Of a stretch of DNA of 64,000 nt, positions 19,480-28,266 are shown piece after piece. The stretch covers positions 62,813-126,812 of the forward strand of contig JBFMFH010000101.1 in NCBI GenBank assembly GCA_040752275.1. Direction: 5' to 3'. Every line of letters starts with the position of its first letter. The stretch's first letter is position 1. The stretch is from Acidobacteriota bacterium (GTDB lineage Bacteria > Acidobacteriota > Vicinamibacteria > Vicinamibacterales > JAKQTR01). The notes under the pieces were generated by a model, which was not told the origin of the DNA, searched no databases, and saw only the letters and a program-made list of their open reading frames with translations. Made by a program: the position numbers and the translations under genes.

Positions 19480-20748
19480 TCACGGCGTCGGCTCACCGGA
19501 CGGTTCGCGCCGTCGTCCCGGCCGGCGTCGTCGCCGCCGCCGGCGCTTCGGGCGGACCTCGTCCTCGGGAGCCGCCGCCTGCTGCATCCAGTAGGCGACC
19601 ATCTCGGGAGCCTGCCCATGAATCTCGAGCCAGGTCAGGGCATCGCGAAAGGCCGCGCGCTCGGTTAACATCCAGCGCGCCCGGCCAGACCGGCTCGGTT
19701 CGAGCAGCCGGCGCTGGAGTACCAGCACCTGGTGAACTCGCTCCACCTCGCGCCGCGCGAGGGGCAGCACGCCGAGCGAGAGCCCGCTCTGCCGGCCGTC
19801 GCCCACCCAGGCGGGCCACCCCTGGGGCGAGAAGCCCAGCGGGGCAATGAGACTGCCGAGGAGGATCGCGTTCGACAGCGTGTCTGGAACCTGCTCGAAG
19901 CGGCGGCGGTAGGCGTCCAACCGGGACAGGGAGGCCAGCACGCTGTCACCGACGCCCTCGTGCAGCACGTGGCTCAGCGGCTCCAGCAGGCCGACACGCT
20001 TCAACTCGCGGAATGCCCGTTCTGCGAAGCCGGACCGGAGGATCTTGTAGTACTCATCGGCGAGCCGGGCCGGCGCCGCCCTGGTCAACTCGCCGCGGTG
20101 GCGGCCGATGGCCTCGATAACGGGCGGGTCGATGGCGAGGTCCATGCGCGCGGCCAGGGTAATGGCGCGTTGCATGCGGACGGGGTCTTCGCGGAACCGC
20201 ACACCGGGGTCTCCGATGCATCTGACCACGCGGAGTCTCAGATCCTCGAGCCCCCCGACGTAGTCGATGATCGAAAACGTCGCGATGTCGTAGAAGAGGG
20301 CGTTGATCGTAAAGTCGCGCCGAAAGGCGTCCTCCTCGGCCGTTCCAAAGGTGTTGTCCCGGTGAATCAGGTGGTCCTTGTGTCCGGCTCCCGACGGCTC
20401 AGTGGTCCCGGCGCCGCGGACGTGTTCTTTCGCCTCTTCTTCGCTCACCTGCCGCCTAAACGTGGCCACCTCGATGACCTTGGCTCCGAACTTGACATGG
20501 GCCAACCGGAAGCGGCGGCCGACGACGTAGCAGTTCCGAAAGAGCTTCTTGACCTGATAGGGGTGCGCGTCGGTGCCGATATCGAAGTCTTTCGGCCGGC
20601 GGTCGAGCAGCAGGTCCCGGACGCTGCCGCCGACCAGGTACGCGGCATACCTGGCGTCCTTCAGGCGATAGAGGACCTTGAGTGCGTCTGGATCAATGTG
20701 TCGGCGCGACAGCGTGTGCTGATCGCGCGGGACCACGAGGGGCGGCAT
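19480..20748 (-). CDS. pcnB: poly(A) polymerase I / tRNA nucleotidyltransferase family
   Basis: 'LVGGSVRDLLLDRRPKDFDI' and 'RRFRLAHV', with an Arg-rich C-terminal tail. Confidence 0.8.
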   Translation of the reverse strand: MPPLVVPRDQHTLSRRHIDPDALKVLYRLKDARYAAYLVGGSVRDLLLDRRPKDFDIGTDAHPYQVKKLFRNCYVVGRRFRLAHVKFGAKVIEVATFRRQVSEEEAKEHVRGAGTTEPSGAGHKDHLIHRDNTFGTAEEDAFRRDFTINALFYDIATFSIIDYVGGLEDLRLRVVRCIGDPGVRFREDPVRMQRAITLAARMDLAIDPPVIEAIGRHRGELTRAAPARLADEYYKILRSGFAERAFRELKRVGLLEPLSHVLHEGVGDSVLASLSRLDAYRRRFEQVPDTLSNAILLGSLIAPLGFSPQGWPAWVGDGRQSGLSLGVLPLARREVERVHQVLVLQRRLLEPSRSGRARWMLTERAAFRDALTWLEIHGQAPEMVAYWMQQAAAPEDEVRPKRRRRRRRRPGRRREPSGEPTP

Positions 20749-20753
20749 GTCTG

Positions 20754-20817
20754 GGGATTATATCTTCCGGGATTCGGGATTCGGGATTCGGGATTCGGGA
20801 AGCGGGATTCGGGAAGC
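20754..20817 (+). repeat. tandem heptamer array, 7 contiguous units (GGGATTC x4, GGGAAGC, GGGATTC, GGGAAGC) plus an upstream GGGATTA
   Basis: Read directly. The contiguous run is 20769-20817 and begins 4 nt after the polA stop codon. Confidence 0.95.
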
Positions 20818-20821
20818 CAGG

Positions 20822-23509
20822 CTACTTCGCGTCCTTCCAGTTCTCGCCGATGCCCACGTCCACGGTGAGAGGGACGCCGAGGGGAACCGCCTTCTCCATC
20901 AGGTGCCGCACCAGCGCGGCCACCTCGTCCGACTCTTCCCGCCTCGCCTCGAACAGCAGTTCGTCATGCACCGTGAGGATCATCCGCGGCCGCAGACCGC
21001 CGGCTCGGGCCGGCCTGGCCGAGAGAGCCTCGTGGACGTCGATCATGGCCCGCTTGAGGATGTCGGCGGCGGTGCCCTGGATGGGCATGTTGACGGCGAC
21101 GCGCTCAGCCGCAGAGCGGACCTGTCCGTTCCGGCTGGTGATCTCGGGCACAGGCCGTCGTCGTCCGAACATGGTCTTCACGACTCCACTCGCCCGGGCC
21201 TCCGCAATCGTCCGGTCGATGAAGACCCGCACGCCGGGAAAGCCCGAGAAGTACGCGTCGATGAACGCCTGCGCCGCCTGCTGGGTCACGCCTATGTCCC
21301 TGGCGAGCGTAAATGCGGTCTTCCCATAGAGCAGGGCGTAATTCACCATCTTGGCCGTGCTGCGCCTCTCCTGCCGGCTCCGGCCGCTGTCGGCGCCGAA
21401 AATCGCGTCGGCGGTCCGGTCGTGAATGTCCTCGCCCCGAGCAAAGGCGTCGATGAGCGCCCGATCGCCGGACAGGTGTGCCAGCACCCTGAGCTCGATC
21501 TGCGAATAGTCCGCCGAGATGAGCACGCAGCCCGGCTCGGCGACGAAGGCCCGGCGGATCTCGCGGCCGAGGTCGGTGCGAACGGGGATGTTCTGCAGAT
21601 TGGGCTCGCTGCTGCTCAAACGTCCGGTTGCGGCAACGGCCTGATTGAAGCGCGTGTGGACGCGCCCGGTGGCGGGGTTGATCAGCTGGGGCAGGGCATC
21701 GACGTAGGTGCCCTTCAGCTTCTGCAGACTCCGCCATTCCAGGATGAGCCGCGGCAGCTCGTGACCGAGGGCCAGTTCTTCCAGCACCTCGACGGCCGTC
21801 GACGCCGCCCGCGTGGTGCCGGTCTTCTTGAGGACGGGCAGCTTCAGCTTCTCGAACAGAATCTCGGCCAGCTGCTTCGGCGATCCGATGTTGAAGGACT
21901 CGCCGGCGAGCGCGAAGATCCGGTCGCTTGCCTGCTGCATCTCGGCGTCGAGCCTGCGCGACAGCGATTCGAGAACGGTGCGCTCGACGCGAACGCCCGC
22001 CATCTCGATGGCCATCAGCACCGGGACGAGCGGCCACTCCAGCGTCCGATAGACCTCCTCGAGGTGCTCCTCGGCCAGCTTCTCACGAAGGATCGGCGCG
22101 AGCTGGCGGGGCAGATCGGCCCGTTCTCCCGCGAATGCCAGGGTGGCGGTCGCCGGGAGATCCGCGGCGCAGGTGGCCCTGGCGCCCTTGCCGTAGACGT
22201 GCTCCTCGGCGACGAGCCTGTAGCCGAGATGCTCGAGGCTCAGCACTTCCAGCGCGTGCGGCGCCCTGTTCGAGTCGATCAGGTAACTCGCCAGCATGGT
22301 ATCGAACCCCGGACCCGCGACGTCGACGCCGTGGCGGGCCAGTACGACGCCGTCGTACTTCACGTCGTGACCGATCTTCTCCACGCTCGGATCTGCGGCG
22401 AGCCCGGCCAGCCTGGCGAGCAGGTCGCGCTCGTTCAGGTTCCCAACGGAGTCCAAGGCCCGGTGGGCGACTGGTGCGTAGCGCACGCGGCGCTCGGATG
22501 TCGACAAGGCGATACCGACTATGCCGGCCTGCATGGGTGAGGGCGCGTCCCCAATCACTCTGATACCGACGCACCCGGTGGCGCGGGCTTCGGCAATGAC
22601 GCCGTCCAGCTCCTCCAGCGACTCGACGACGGCGTAATCAGCCGCCACGCTGTCTGCAGCCGGTGCGTACTCGTTCATCAGCGATCGGAACCCGAGCTGC
22701 GAAAACAGATCGAAGCACTCCTGGGTCTTCGGCCCCCGGTACCTCAGCGTCTCGAATTCGACGTCGATCGGGACATCCGTGCGAATGGTGACCAGTTCGC
22801 GGCTGCTGCGCGCTGCGCCGGCGTTGGCGAGCAGCGCCTCCCGGTAGCGCTTCTGCTGAACCGAGGCCGCGCCCTCGAGCAGGGCATCGAGAGACCCGAA
22901 CTGAGCCATCAGCTCACGGGCGCCCTTCTCGCCGATGCCCGGGACGCCCTTGACGTTGTCCACGGCATCACCCGTGAGCGCGAGCACGTCGATGACCTTG
23001 TCCGGGGCGACGCCGAACTTCTCGACGACGCCGGCCTGGTCGTACCAGGTCCCCTCGTCGCGAGGGTTGAACACCCTGATGCGGCCGCCCACCATCTGGA
23101 AGAAGTCCTTGTCGCCGGTCACGATGGCGACGTCGAAGCCCTTCTCGGCGCCTCTGACTGCCAACGTCCCGATCACATCGTCGGCCTCGAAGCCCCGCAG
23201 CGTCATGACTGGCACGCCCATGGCGGTGCAAGCGCGGTGCACCAGCGCCACCTGCTGGACCAGGTCATCAGGCATCGGGGCGCGGTTGGCCTTGTAGTCG
23301 TCAGCCAGCGCATCACGAAAGGTCGGCCCCTCCACGTCGAAGGCCGCGCCGATGTAGTCGGGCCGCTGGTCGGCCAGCAGCTTGCGCAGCATGGTCACAA
23401 AGCCGTAGATGGCGTTTGTCGGCCGCCCGTCGGGAGCGCTGAGTCCACGGATGGCATGGAAGGCCCGGTACATCTGGGAGTTGCCGTCGATGAGGAACAG
23501 GCTAGGCAC
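20822..23509 (-). CDS. polA: DNA polymerase I
   Basis: 5'-nuclease N-terminus 'LIDGNSQMYRAFHA' and polymerase motif 'DYSQIELRVLAH'. 895 aa with a GTG start. Confidence 0.95.
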   Translation of the reverse strand: MPSLFLIDGNSQMYRAFHAIRGLSAPDGRPTNAIYGFVTMLRKLLADQRPDYIGAAFDVEGPTFRDALADDYKANRAPMPDDLVQQVALVHRACTAMGVPVMTLRGFEADDVIGTLAVRGAEKGFDVAIVTGDKDFFQMVGGRIRVFNPRDEGTWYDQAGVVEKFGVAPDKVIDVLALTGDAVDNVKGVPGIGEKGARELMAQFGSLDALLEGAASVQQKRYREALLANAGAARSSRELVTIRTDVPIDVEFETLRYRGPKTQECFDLFSQLGFRSLMNEYAPAADSVAADYAVVESLEELDGVIAEARATGCVGIRVIGDAPSPMQAGIVGIALSTSERRVRYAPVAHRALDSVGNLNERDLLARLAGLAADPSVEKIGHDVKYDGVVLARHGVDVAGPGFDTMLASYLIDSNRAPHALEVLSLEHLGYRLVAEEHVYGKGARATCAADLPATATLAFAGERADLPRQLAPILREKLAEEHLEEVYRTLEWPLVPVLMAIEMAGVRVERTVLESLSRRLDAEMQQASDRIFALAGESFNIGSPKQLAEILFEKLKLPVLKKTGTTRAASTAVEVLEELALGHELPRLILEWRSLQKLKGTYVDALPQLINPATGRVHTRFNQAVAATGRLSSSEPNLQNIPVRTDLGREIRRAFVAEPGCVLISADYSQIELRVLAHLSGDRALIDAFARGEDIHDRTADAIFGADSGRSRQERRSTAKMVNYALLYGKTAFTLARDIGVTQQAAQAFIDAYFSGFPGVRVFIDRTIAEARASGVVKTMFGRRRPVPEITSRNGQVRSAAERVAVNMPIQGTAADILKRAMIDVHEALSARPARAGGLRPRMILTVHDELLFEARREESDEVAALVRHLMEKAVPLGVPLTVDVGIGENWKDAK

Positions 23510-23512
23510 GCG

Positions 23513-23552
23513 GGGATTCTATCCGGGATCCGGGATCGGGGATCCGGGATCC
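23513..23552 (+). repeat. heptamer array variant (GGGATTC, then GGGATCC GGGATCG GGGATCC GGGATCC)
   Basis: Read directly inside the 59-bp divergent gap between polA (23509) and the next gene (23569). Confidence 0.9.
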
Positions 23553-23568
23553 GTTATGATTCCCTGCT

Positions 23569-24333
23569 GTGCCGTTTGGTGGGAGGGTCTTCCTGGCGCG
23601 CGCAAGACTGATCGGGCTGGTGGCTGCACTGGTCCTCGGGGCTGCCTCCTGCACAGGTAACGGACAGGGCCTGATCAAGCACTACGAATACGAGGAGGAG
23701 ATCTACCTGTCGCTGGACGGGAGCGCCACCATCTACGTCAATGCATCGGTGCCGGCTCTTGTGTACCTGAGGGGGCTTGATCTCGATCCGCGTCCGAACG
23801 CCCGGCTGGACCGTGCGCGGGTGCGCAACATGTACACGACTCCCGTGACACGTGTGGCACGGGTGAGCACATGGCGCCGGTTCGGACGGCGCTTCGTCCA
23901 GATCCGCGTGGCCGTCGACGACATCCGGCGCCTTGGCGACGCCGGACCATTCTCGTGGTCCACCTACCGGTTCGAGCTGCAGGACGATCAAGTGGTCTAC
24001 CGGCAAGCCATCGGTGGTCCTGAGGGAAGGCCGGTGGGGACGGTCGGGTGGACCGGACGCGAACTCGTGGCCGTGCGGCTTCACCTGCCCGCCCGCATTC
24101 ACTACCACAACGCGGGTGCCGACAACCTGAAGCGCGGCAACATCCTGGTCTGGGAACAGTTGTTGAGCGACCGGCAAGCGGGCGTGCCGCTCGAGATGGA
24201 AGTCCGGATGGCGCAGGCGTCGATCCTCTATTCGACGCTCCTTCTGTTTGCGGCCAGCGGTGCATTGGCCCTGGTCGTGCTGGCGTTCCTCATCTGGTGG
24301 GTGATGAGGCGGGGACGGACGGCGGCGGTCTGA
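23569..24333 (+). CDS. hypothetical exported protein with an N-terminal signal/lipobox-like segment and a C-terminal TM anchor
   Basis: 'LVAALVLGAASC' at the N-terminus and 'ILYSTLLLFAASGALALVVLAFLIWWV' at the C-terminus. I recognised no family. Confidence 0.6.
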   Translation: MPFGGRVFLARARLIGLVAALVLGAASCTGNGQGLIKHYEYEEEIYLSLDGSATIYVNASVPALVYLRGLDLDPRPNARLDRARVRNMYTTPVTRVARVSTWRRFGRRFVQIRVAVDDIRRLGDAGPFSWSTYRFELQDDQVVYRQAIGGPEGRPVGTVGWTGRELVAVRLHLPARIHYHNAGADNLKRGNILVWEQLLSDRQAGVPLEMEVRMAQASILYSTLLLFAASGALALVVLAFLIWWVMRRGRTAAV

Positions 24334-24420
24334 TGTGATACGAGGGGGCGCAGCCACAACAATTCGCGGCCGTGCAGAAGCTCGGAGCAGGGGCCGATAC
24401 GCAGAAGGGGGCCACCCTGC

Positions 24421-25587
24421 ATGGCTGTGCTGGAGGGTCTTGGTCTTGTGTCGATTGCATTGCCTCGGCGTGCGGAGATCTGGCTAGCGGGTTCGCTGCG
24501 TTCCCTCGTGCGCGCCAGACGCGAGTCCAGAGAGCGCCGGGGTGTCGTGGACATCCTGTTCGCCGTCGCCGATCACTTCGAGCCGCTGCACGGGGGCGTG
24601 AGCGTTGACGAGGGGCTGCGCCGCGTGGAGACCTGGCTGGAGCACTACCCCCGCTTGGCCTCGTCGTTCGTTGATGCGGACGGCCGGCGCCCTCAGCACA
24701 CCTTCTTCTTCCCGATCGAGCAGTACCGCCCCGAGCTCATCGGGTCTCTCGCGTCGCTCTGCGGACAAGGGTTCGGTGAGGTTGAGATCCACCTGCATCA
24801 TGACCGCGACACGGCGGTGCATCTGCGCCGGCAACTGGAGGTGTTCGCCAACACGCTCCGCGATCGCCATGGTCTGCTGCCGGCGGACGAGAGCGGGCGC
24901 GTCCGCTATGGGTTCATCCACGGCAACTGGGCGCTCAGCAACTCACTGCCGGACGGCCGTTGGTGCGGTGTGGACGATGAGCTGGCCGTACTCATGGAGA
25001 CGGGCTGTTACGCCGACTTCACGCTTCCGGCGGCTCCGTCGCCGGCGCAGACGCGGACGGTCAACCAGGTGTACTACGCAGAAGGGGCCCGACCTGGACC
25101 ACGTGCGCACGAGACGGGCGTGCGCGCGGCCGTCGGCCGCCAGCCATCAGCGGATGACTTCCTCCTGGTCCAAGGTCCCTTGCGCCCGAGCTTCCGCCGC
25201 GCGAGATGGGCCATCGTGCCCCGCGTCGAGAACGGCGCCCTGCACGCCGGCGACCCGCCGACCCTCGATCGCGTTGCCGACTGGCTGTCGTGCGGGATTT
25301 CGGTGGCGGGACGCCCGGAGTGGGTGTTCGTCAAGGTCCACACCCACGGCGCCCCCGAACCGAACGCGAGGATGCTGCTGGGGGACGACCTCTCGGCGTT
25401 CCACCGTCGCCTGCTCGCCAGCTACAACGACGGCGAGCGCTACCGGCTGCACTACGTGACCGCGCGCGAAATGGTGAACATCATCCACGCGGCCGAGGAC
25501 GGGATGAGCGGAAACCCGAACCAGTTCCGCGACTATCGCCTGCAGCGTCCTCCGGCGGCACGGCCGGTCCCACGCTCGTCAGGCTGA
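24421..25587 (+). CDS. hypothetical protein, possibly of carbohydrate-esterase/deacetylase-like fold
   Basis: 388-aa ORF with coding-like composition. The His/Asp-rich motifs 'ADHFEP' and 'EIHLHHD' are only suggestive. Confidence 0.55.
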   Translation: MAVLEGLGLVSIALPRRAEIWLAGSLRSLVRARRESRERRGVVDILFAVADHFEPLHGGVSVDEGLRRVETWLEHYPRLASSFVDADGRRPQHTFFFPIEQYRPELIGSLASLCGQGFGEVEIHLHHDRDTAVHLRRQLEVFANTLRDRHGLLPADESGRVRYGFIHGNWALSNSLPDGRWCGVDDELAVLMETGCYADFTLPAAPSPAQTRTVNQVYYAEGARPGPRAHETGVRAAVGRQPSADDFLLVQGPLRPSFRRARWAIVPRVENGALHAGDPPTLDRVADWLSCGISVAGRPEWVFVKVHTHGAPEPNARMLLGDDLSAFHRRLLASYNDGERYRLHYVTAREMVNIIHAAEDGMSGNPNQFRDYRLQRPPAARPVPRSSG

Positions 25588-25594
25588 GGAGGAC

Positions 25595-25615
25595 CCCCGC
25601 AGGTGTCGTGCGGGG
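25595..25615. terminator. GC hairpin between convergent genes
   Basis: CCCCGCA-ggtgtcg-TGCGGGG, a 7-bp perfect stem. It lies 8 nt after the stop at 25587 and 26 nt before the stop at 25641. No U-tract. Confidence 0.45.
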
Positions 25616-25640
25616 CGAACGCTCCAGGACGGGCACCGAC

Positions 25641-27596
25641 TCACGGCACGCGAACGACGGAGGCGGGTTCCCTCGGCAGTCGCTCCTTGACCTGCTCCAG
25701 TCGAGCCGCCGCTGCCGCGAGTGCGGCGTCCCAATCTGCGGGGTCGTGCGACCATCGACCGGCGCCGTACCGTTCGGGCGCGGCTGCCGCGTCGGATAAC
25801 GCGAGTTTGAGCACGCTCTTGACCAGGCGATCGGCCAGCGCGCCCTCTCCCGCCTGTTGCAGGAGCCAGAAGTACTCGTAGTCGGTCTGGCCGCGACGGA
25901 TCTGCTTCATCCGGATGTTGGCGATGGGCAGGTTGAAGTCGACCTTCTTTCCGGGGTAGATGAACACGCCTTGCGACAGCGCCCAGGTTCGGTTGCGCGG
26001 GTGATCCCAGATCTCGTTGTCGTTGTTCTCGCCGTCAGGACCCGGCGGAACTACGAACCTCCCGGGGTCATCCGGACTCGGCACGGCCCTGCGCCACGCC
26101 TCGGACATCGAGTAGTAGCAGAGATAGTCGATGCGGTACTGCCAGGCAATCCAGCTCCATGTCCGCAAGGCCACGCCGTCGGCGTCCAGTGTCTCGTTTC
26201 CCTGGTACGGCTCACCGCCCTGGTACATGCCCTTGAGCGCGTCCGCCGGAAGCGCGTTCATGTGGCGCACACTGTAGTAGTCGCCTGCGACCAGCCACAT
26301 GTCCAGCGCGTCCTTCCACCAATCGAATACGGGCTGCTGGGCGTCCCACCTCCCGCCCAGCACGGTGTAGACGGCAATCTGCCGGCGCAAGGCACCGCCC
26401 GACGCGTGCTTCACGCGCCGGGCGAAGTCGTCGAGATCGGCCGCAGCCGAGGCCTCCGGCTCGTCGGCCAGGTAGGCGTAGGCCCGCGAGAGGTCCCAAC
26501 CTCGCTCCCTCCAGTGCCGCACGATCTCGACCACCATCTGATCCCATGCGCGGTCGCCCGCCGGCAGTCTCGGGCCCGTCGAGTCGATGCCGGTCGACAG
26601 CGGGACCTTCCAGATCTCGATGGCATCCTCGCCAGGGCCGAAGAGGTTGTTCTTCGGATTGAGCACCTTGTCGTGAGCCGCGTCGTACGCGGTCCAATCC
26701 ACGCGGCCGATATCGCCGCTGGGCGTTTCCTCGATGGCCGGACCGTCGGCGCCATACATGTTGCCCGCAGTGAACCGGTGCCTCCGGGCGAGGCGGTAGA
26801 CCTCGTCTTCGTACGCGGCGAGCCGATCCCCGCTCAGCCAGCGGCCACCGGCCTGGTTCAGGTCGTCGAGGTCGAAGTTCATGAAGAACGTGCTGTGAAT
26901 CTTCCGCGGGATGTCGATGTCGAGCACGTGCAGGACGAAGTGGAGCACCGACTGCTGGGTGTCCCAGTCGACCGTGAGCGATCCGGTGTAGTCGCCCGCC
27001 GGAGTGCCGTAGGGAATCGTCAAGTCCACCCACACGCCCTGGATCTCGCCGGGCTGGATCGCGAAGGGCGGCCCGTCGTACCCGCCGTAGGTGTGGGTAT
27101 CGCCGATCGACCAAGGGACGAGCGCATCGGGGTACCAGCCCGGGCCCATCGAGGGACCATTGGTCGGTCCCGAGCCTCGATCGTCGACCTCGGTGTAGTA
27201 GATCTTGAAGAGGTCCACCCGGCTTGCGGGCACCGCATGACCGTCCCGGCTGGACAGGGCTGAGGTGCGCACGTCGACGCGGCGCCGGCCGGCGCCGCCA
27301 CCTTCGATGCCCAACTGAAAGGCGACAGTCTCGCCGCGGGCCCCCTGGACCGTGATACGGCCGGCCGCACTGTCCCAGAGGCGGTTCGCCCGCTTGATGG
27401 CGGTAAGATCCTGTCCAGTGTCCTGAACGAAGATCCGCCTGCCGGACTTGGCGATCTTGTAGCCCTCGGGCGCGGCCCAGATCACTGGGATGTCGCCTTC
27501 GTCCGGCCGGGCGCCGCACGCGACGGACCCGGCCAAGGTTGCCGCCAGCGTGAGTGCGAGAAGGCTGCGCACGTTCATCAGCATAAAGGATTGCAT
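25641..27596 (-). CDS. secreted hypothetical protein, possibly DUF4091/GH123-like glycoside hydrolase
   Basis: Signal peptide 'LLALTLAATLAGSVAC' in a 651-aa, Trp/Tyr-rich protein. The family assignment is from memory only. Confidence 0.6.
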   Translation of the reverse strand: MQSFMLMNVRSLLALTLAATLAGSVACGARPDEGDIPVIWAAPEGYKIAKSGRRIFVQDTGQDLTAIKRANRLWDSAAGRITVQGARGETVAFQLGIEGGGAGRRRVDVRTSALSSRDGHAVPASRVDLFKIYYTEVDDRGSGPTNGPSMGPGWYPDALVPWSIGDTHTYGGYDGPPFAIQPGEIQGVWVDLTIPYGTPAGDYTGSLTVDWDTQQSVLHFVLHVLDIDIPRKIHSTFFMNFDLDDLNQAGGRWLSGDRLAAYEDEVYRLARRHRFTAGNMYGADGPAIEETPSGDIGRVDWTAYDAAHDKVLNPKNNLFGPGEDAIEIWKVPLSTGIDSTGPRLPAGDRAWDQMVVEIVRHWRERGWDLSRAYAYLADEPEASAAADLDDFARRVKHASGGALRRQIAVYTVLGGRWDAQQPVFDWWKDALDMWLVAGDYYSVRHMNALPADALKGMYQGGEPYQGNETLDADGVALRTWSWIAWQYRIDYLCYYSMSEAWRRAVPSPDDPGRFVVPPGPDGENNDNEIWDHPRNRTWALSQGVFIYPGKKVDFNLPIANIRMKQIRRGQTDYEYFWLLQQAGEGALADRLVKSVLKLALSDAAAAPERYGAGRWSHDPADWDAALAAAAARLEQVKERLPREPASVVRVP

Positions 27597-27651
27597 CCTC
27601 CGGCCGACACTTCAAGGAAGGGGAGACGTCTTGCCCTCACCGCTTGCCCGC

Positions 27652-28266
27652 ATGTACCGGGAAGCCCTTCGCGCCGCGGAACATCTCCGACCCAGCGTGT
27701 GGCCTCGCGCGAGGCGATTCGAGATTGCCTATGCGATTCTGGTCAATGATGAAGTGCACCAGTTCGTCAACAGGATGCAGACGGACGTGGTGCGCACCTG
27801 CCGCGTCCGGCCCCTGCTGCACGAGACGCCGCACATCACGCTGAAGCTCGGCTTTCGCGTGTCCGCCTTCGAGCCCTTCGAGGCCTATCTCGAGACGCTG
27901 GCCCGTGAGACGGACCCCTTCGAAATCGGCGTGCGAGACGTCGGGTTCTTCGACGAGGGGATCATCTTCCTCGACGTCGAGCCAAACGCTGCGTTCGAGC
28001 GCCTGAGACACCGCATCCTCCGAGACCTCTCCGAGCGGCACGGGATCGAGCCGTACGCCATCGAGGGCGACCAGTTTCACCCGCACGTGACCGTCGCATT
28101 CGGCCTGTCCTCTCACGATGTCGAGCACGCCAAGGCCGTCTTTGGCGGCGCCGGCGCCAGGTTCCACTTCATGCTGGAAGCGCTGGGACTGCTGTGTCAG
28201 ACGAGCACGCAGTGGGTGACACGCAAACGAGCGAACCTCACCGGCAGTCCGGCGAAGCCATCATGA
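27652..28266 (+). CDS. 2H phosphoesterase superfamily protein (LigT / 2',5' RNA ligase-like)
   Basis: Two HxT/S motifs, 'PHITLKLGF' and 'HPHVTVAFG'. An alternative TTG start at 27631 follows GGAAGGGGAG. Confidence 0.7.
   Translation: MYREALRAAEHLRPSVWPRARRFEIAYAILVNDEVHQFVNRMQTDVVRTCRVRPLLHETPHITLKLGFRVSAFEPFEAYLETLARETDPFEIGVRDVGFFDEGIIFLDVEPNAAFERLRHRILRDLSERHGIEPYAIEGDQFHPHVTVAFGLSSHDVEHAKAVFGGAGARFHFMLEALGLLCQTSTQWVTRKRANLTGSPAKPS

Noticed and set aside
20757-20762. A perfect TATAAT on the minus strand 8 nt upstream of the pcnB ATG, suggesting a leaderless pcnB mRNA.
   Set aside because: No acceptable -35 or extended -10 lies upstream (that region is the heptamer array). A single hexamer match is weak evidence, so I leave it as a note to check with TSS mapping.
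20754-20817. The heptamer arrays as a CRISPR array or minisatellite-encoded peptide.
   Set aside because: The unit is only 7 nt with no unique spacers, and no cas genes are in the window. The apparent peptides (IRDSGFG...) appear only in spurious frames.
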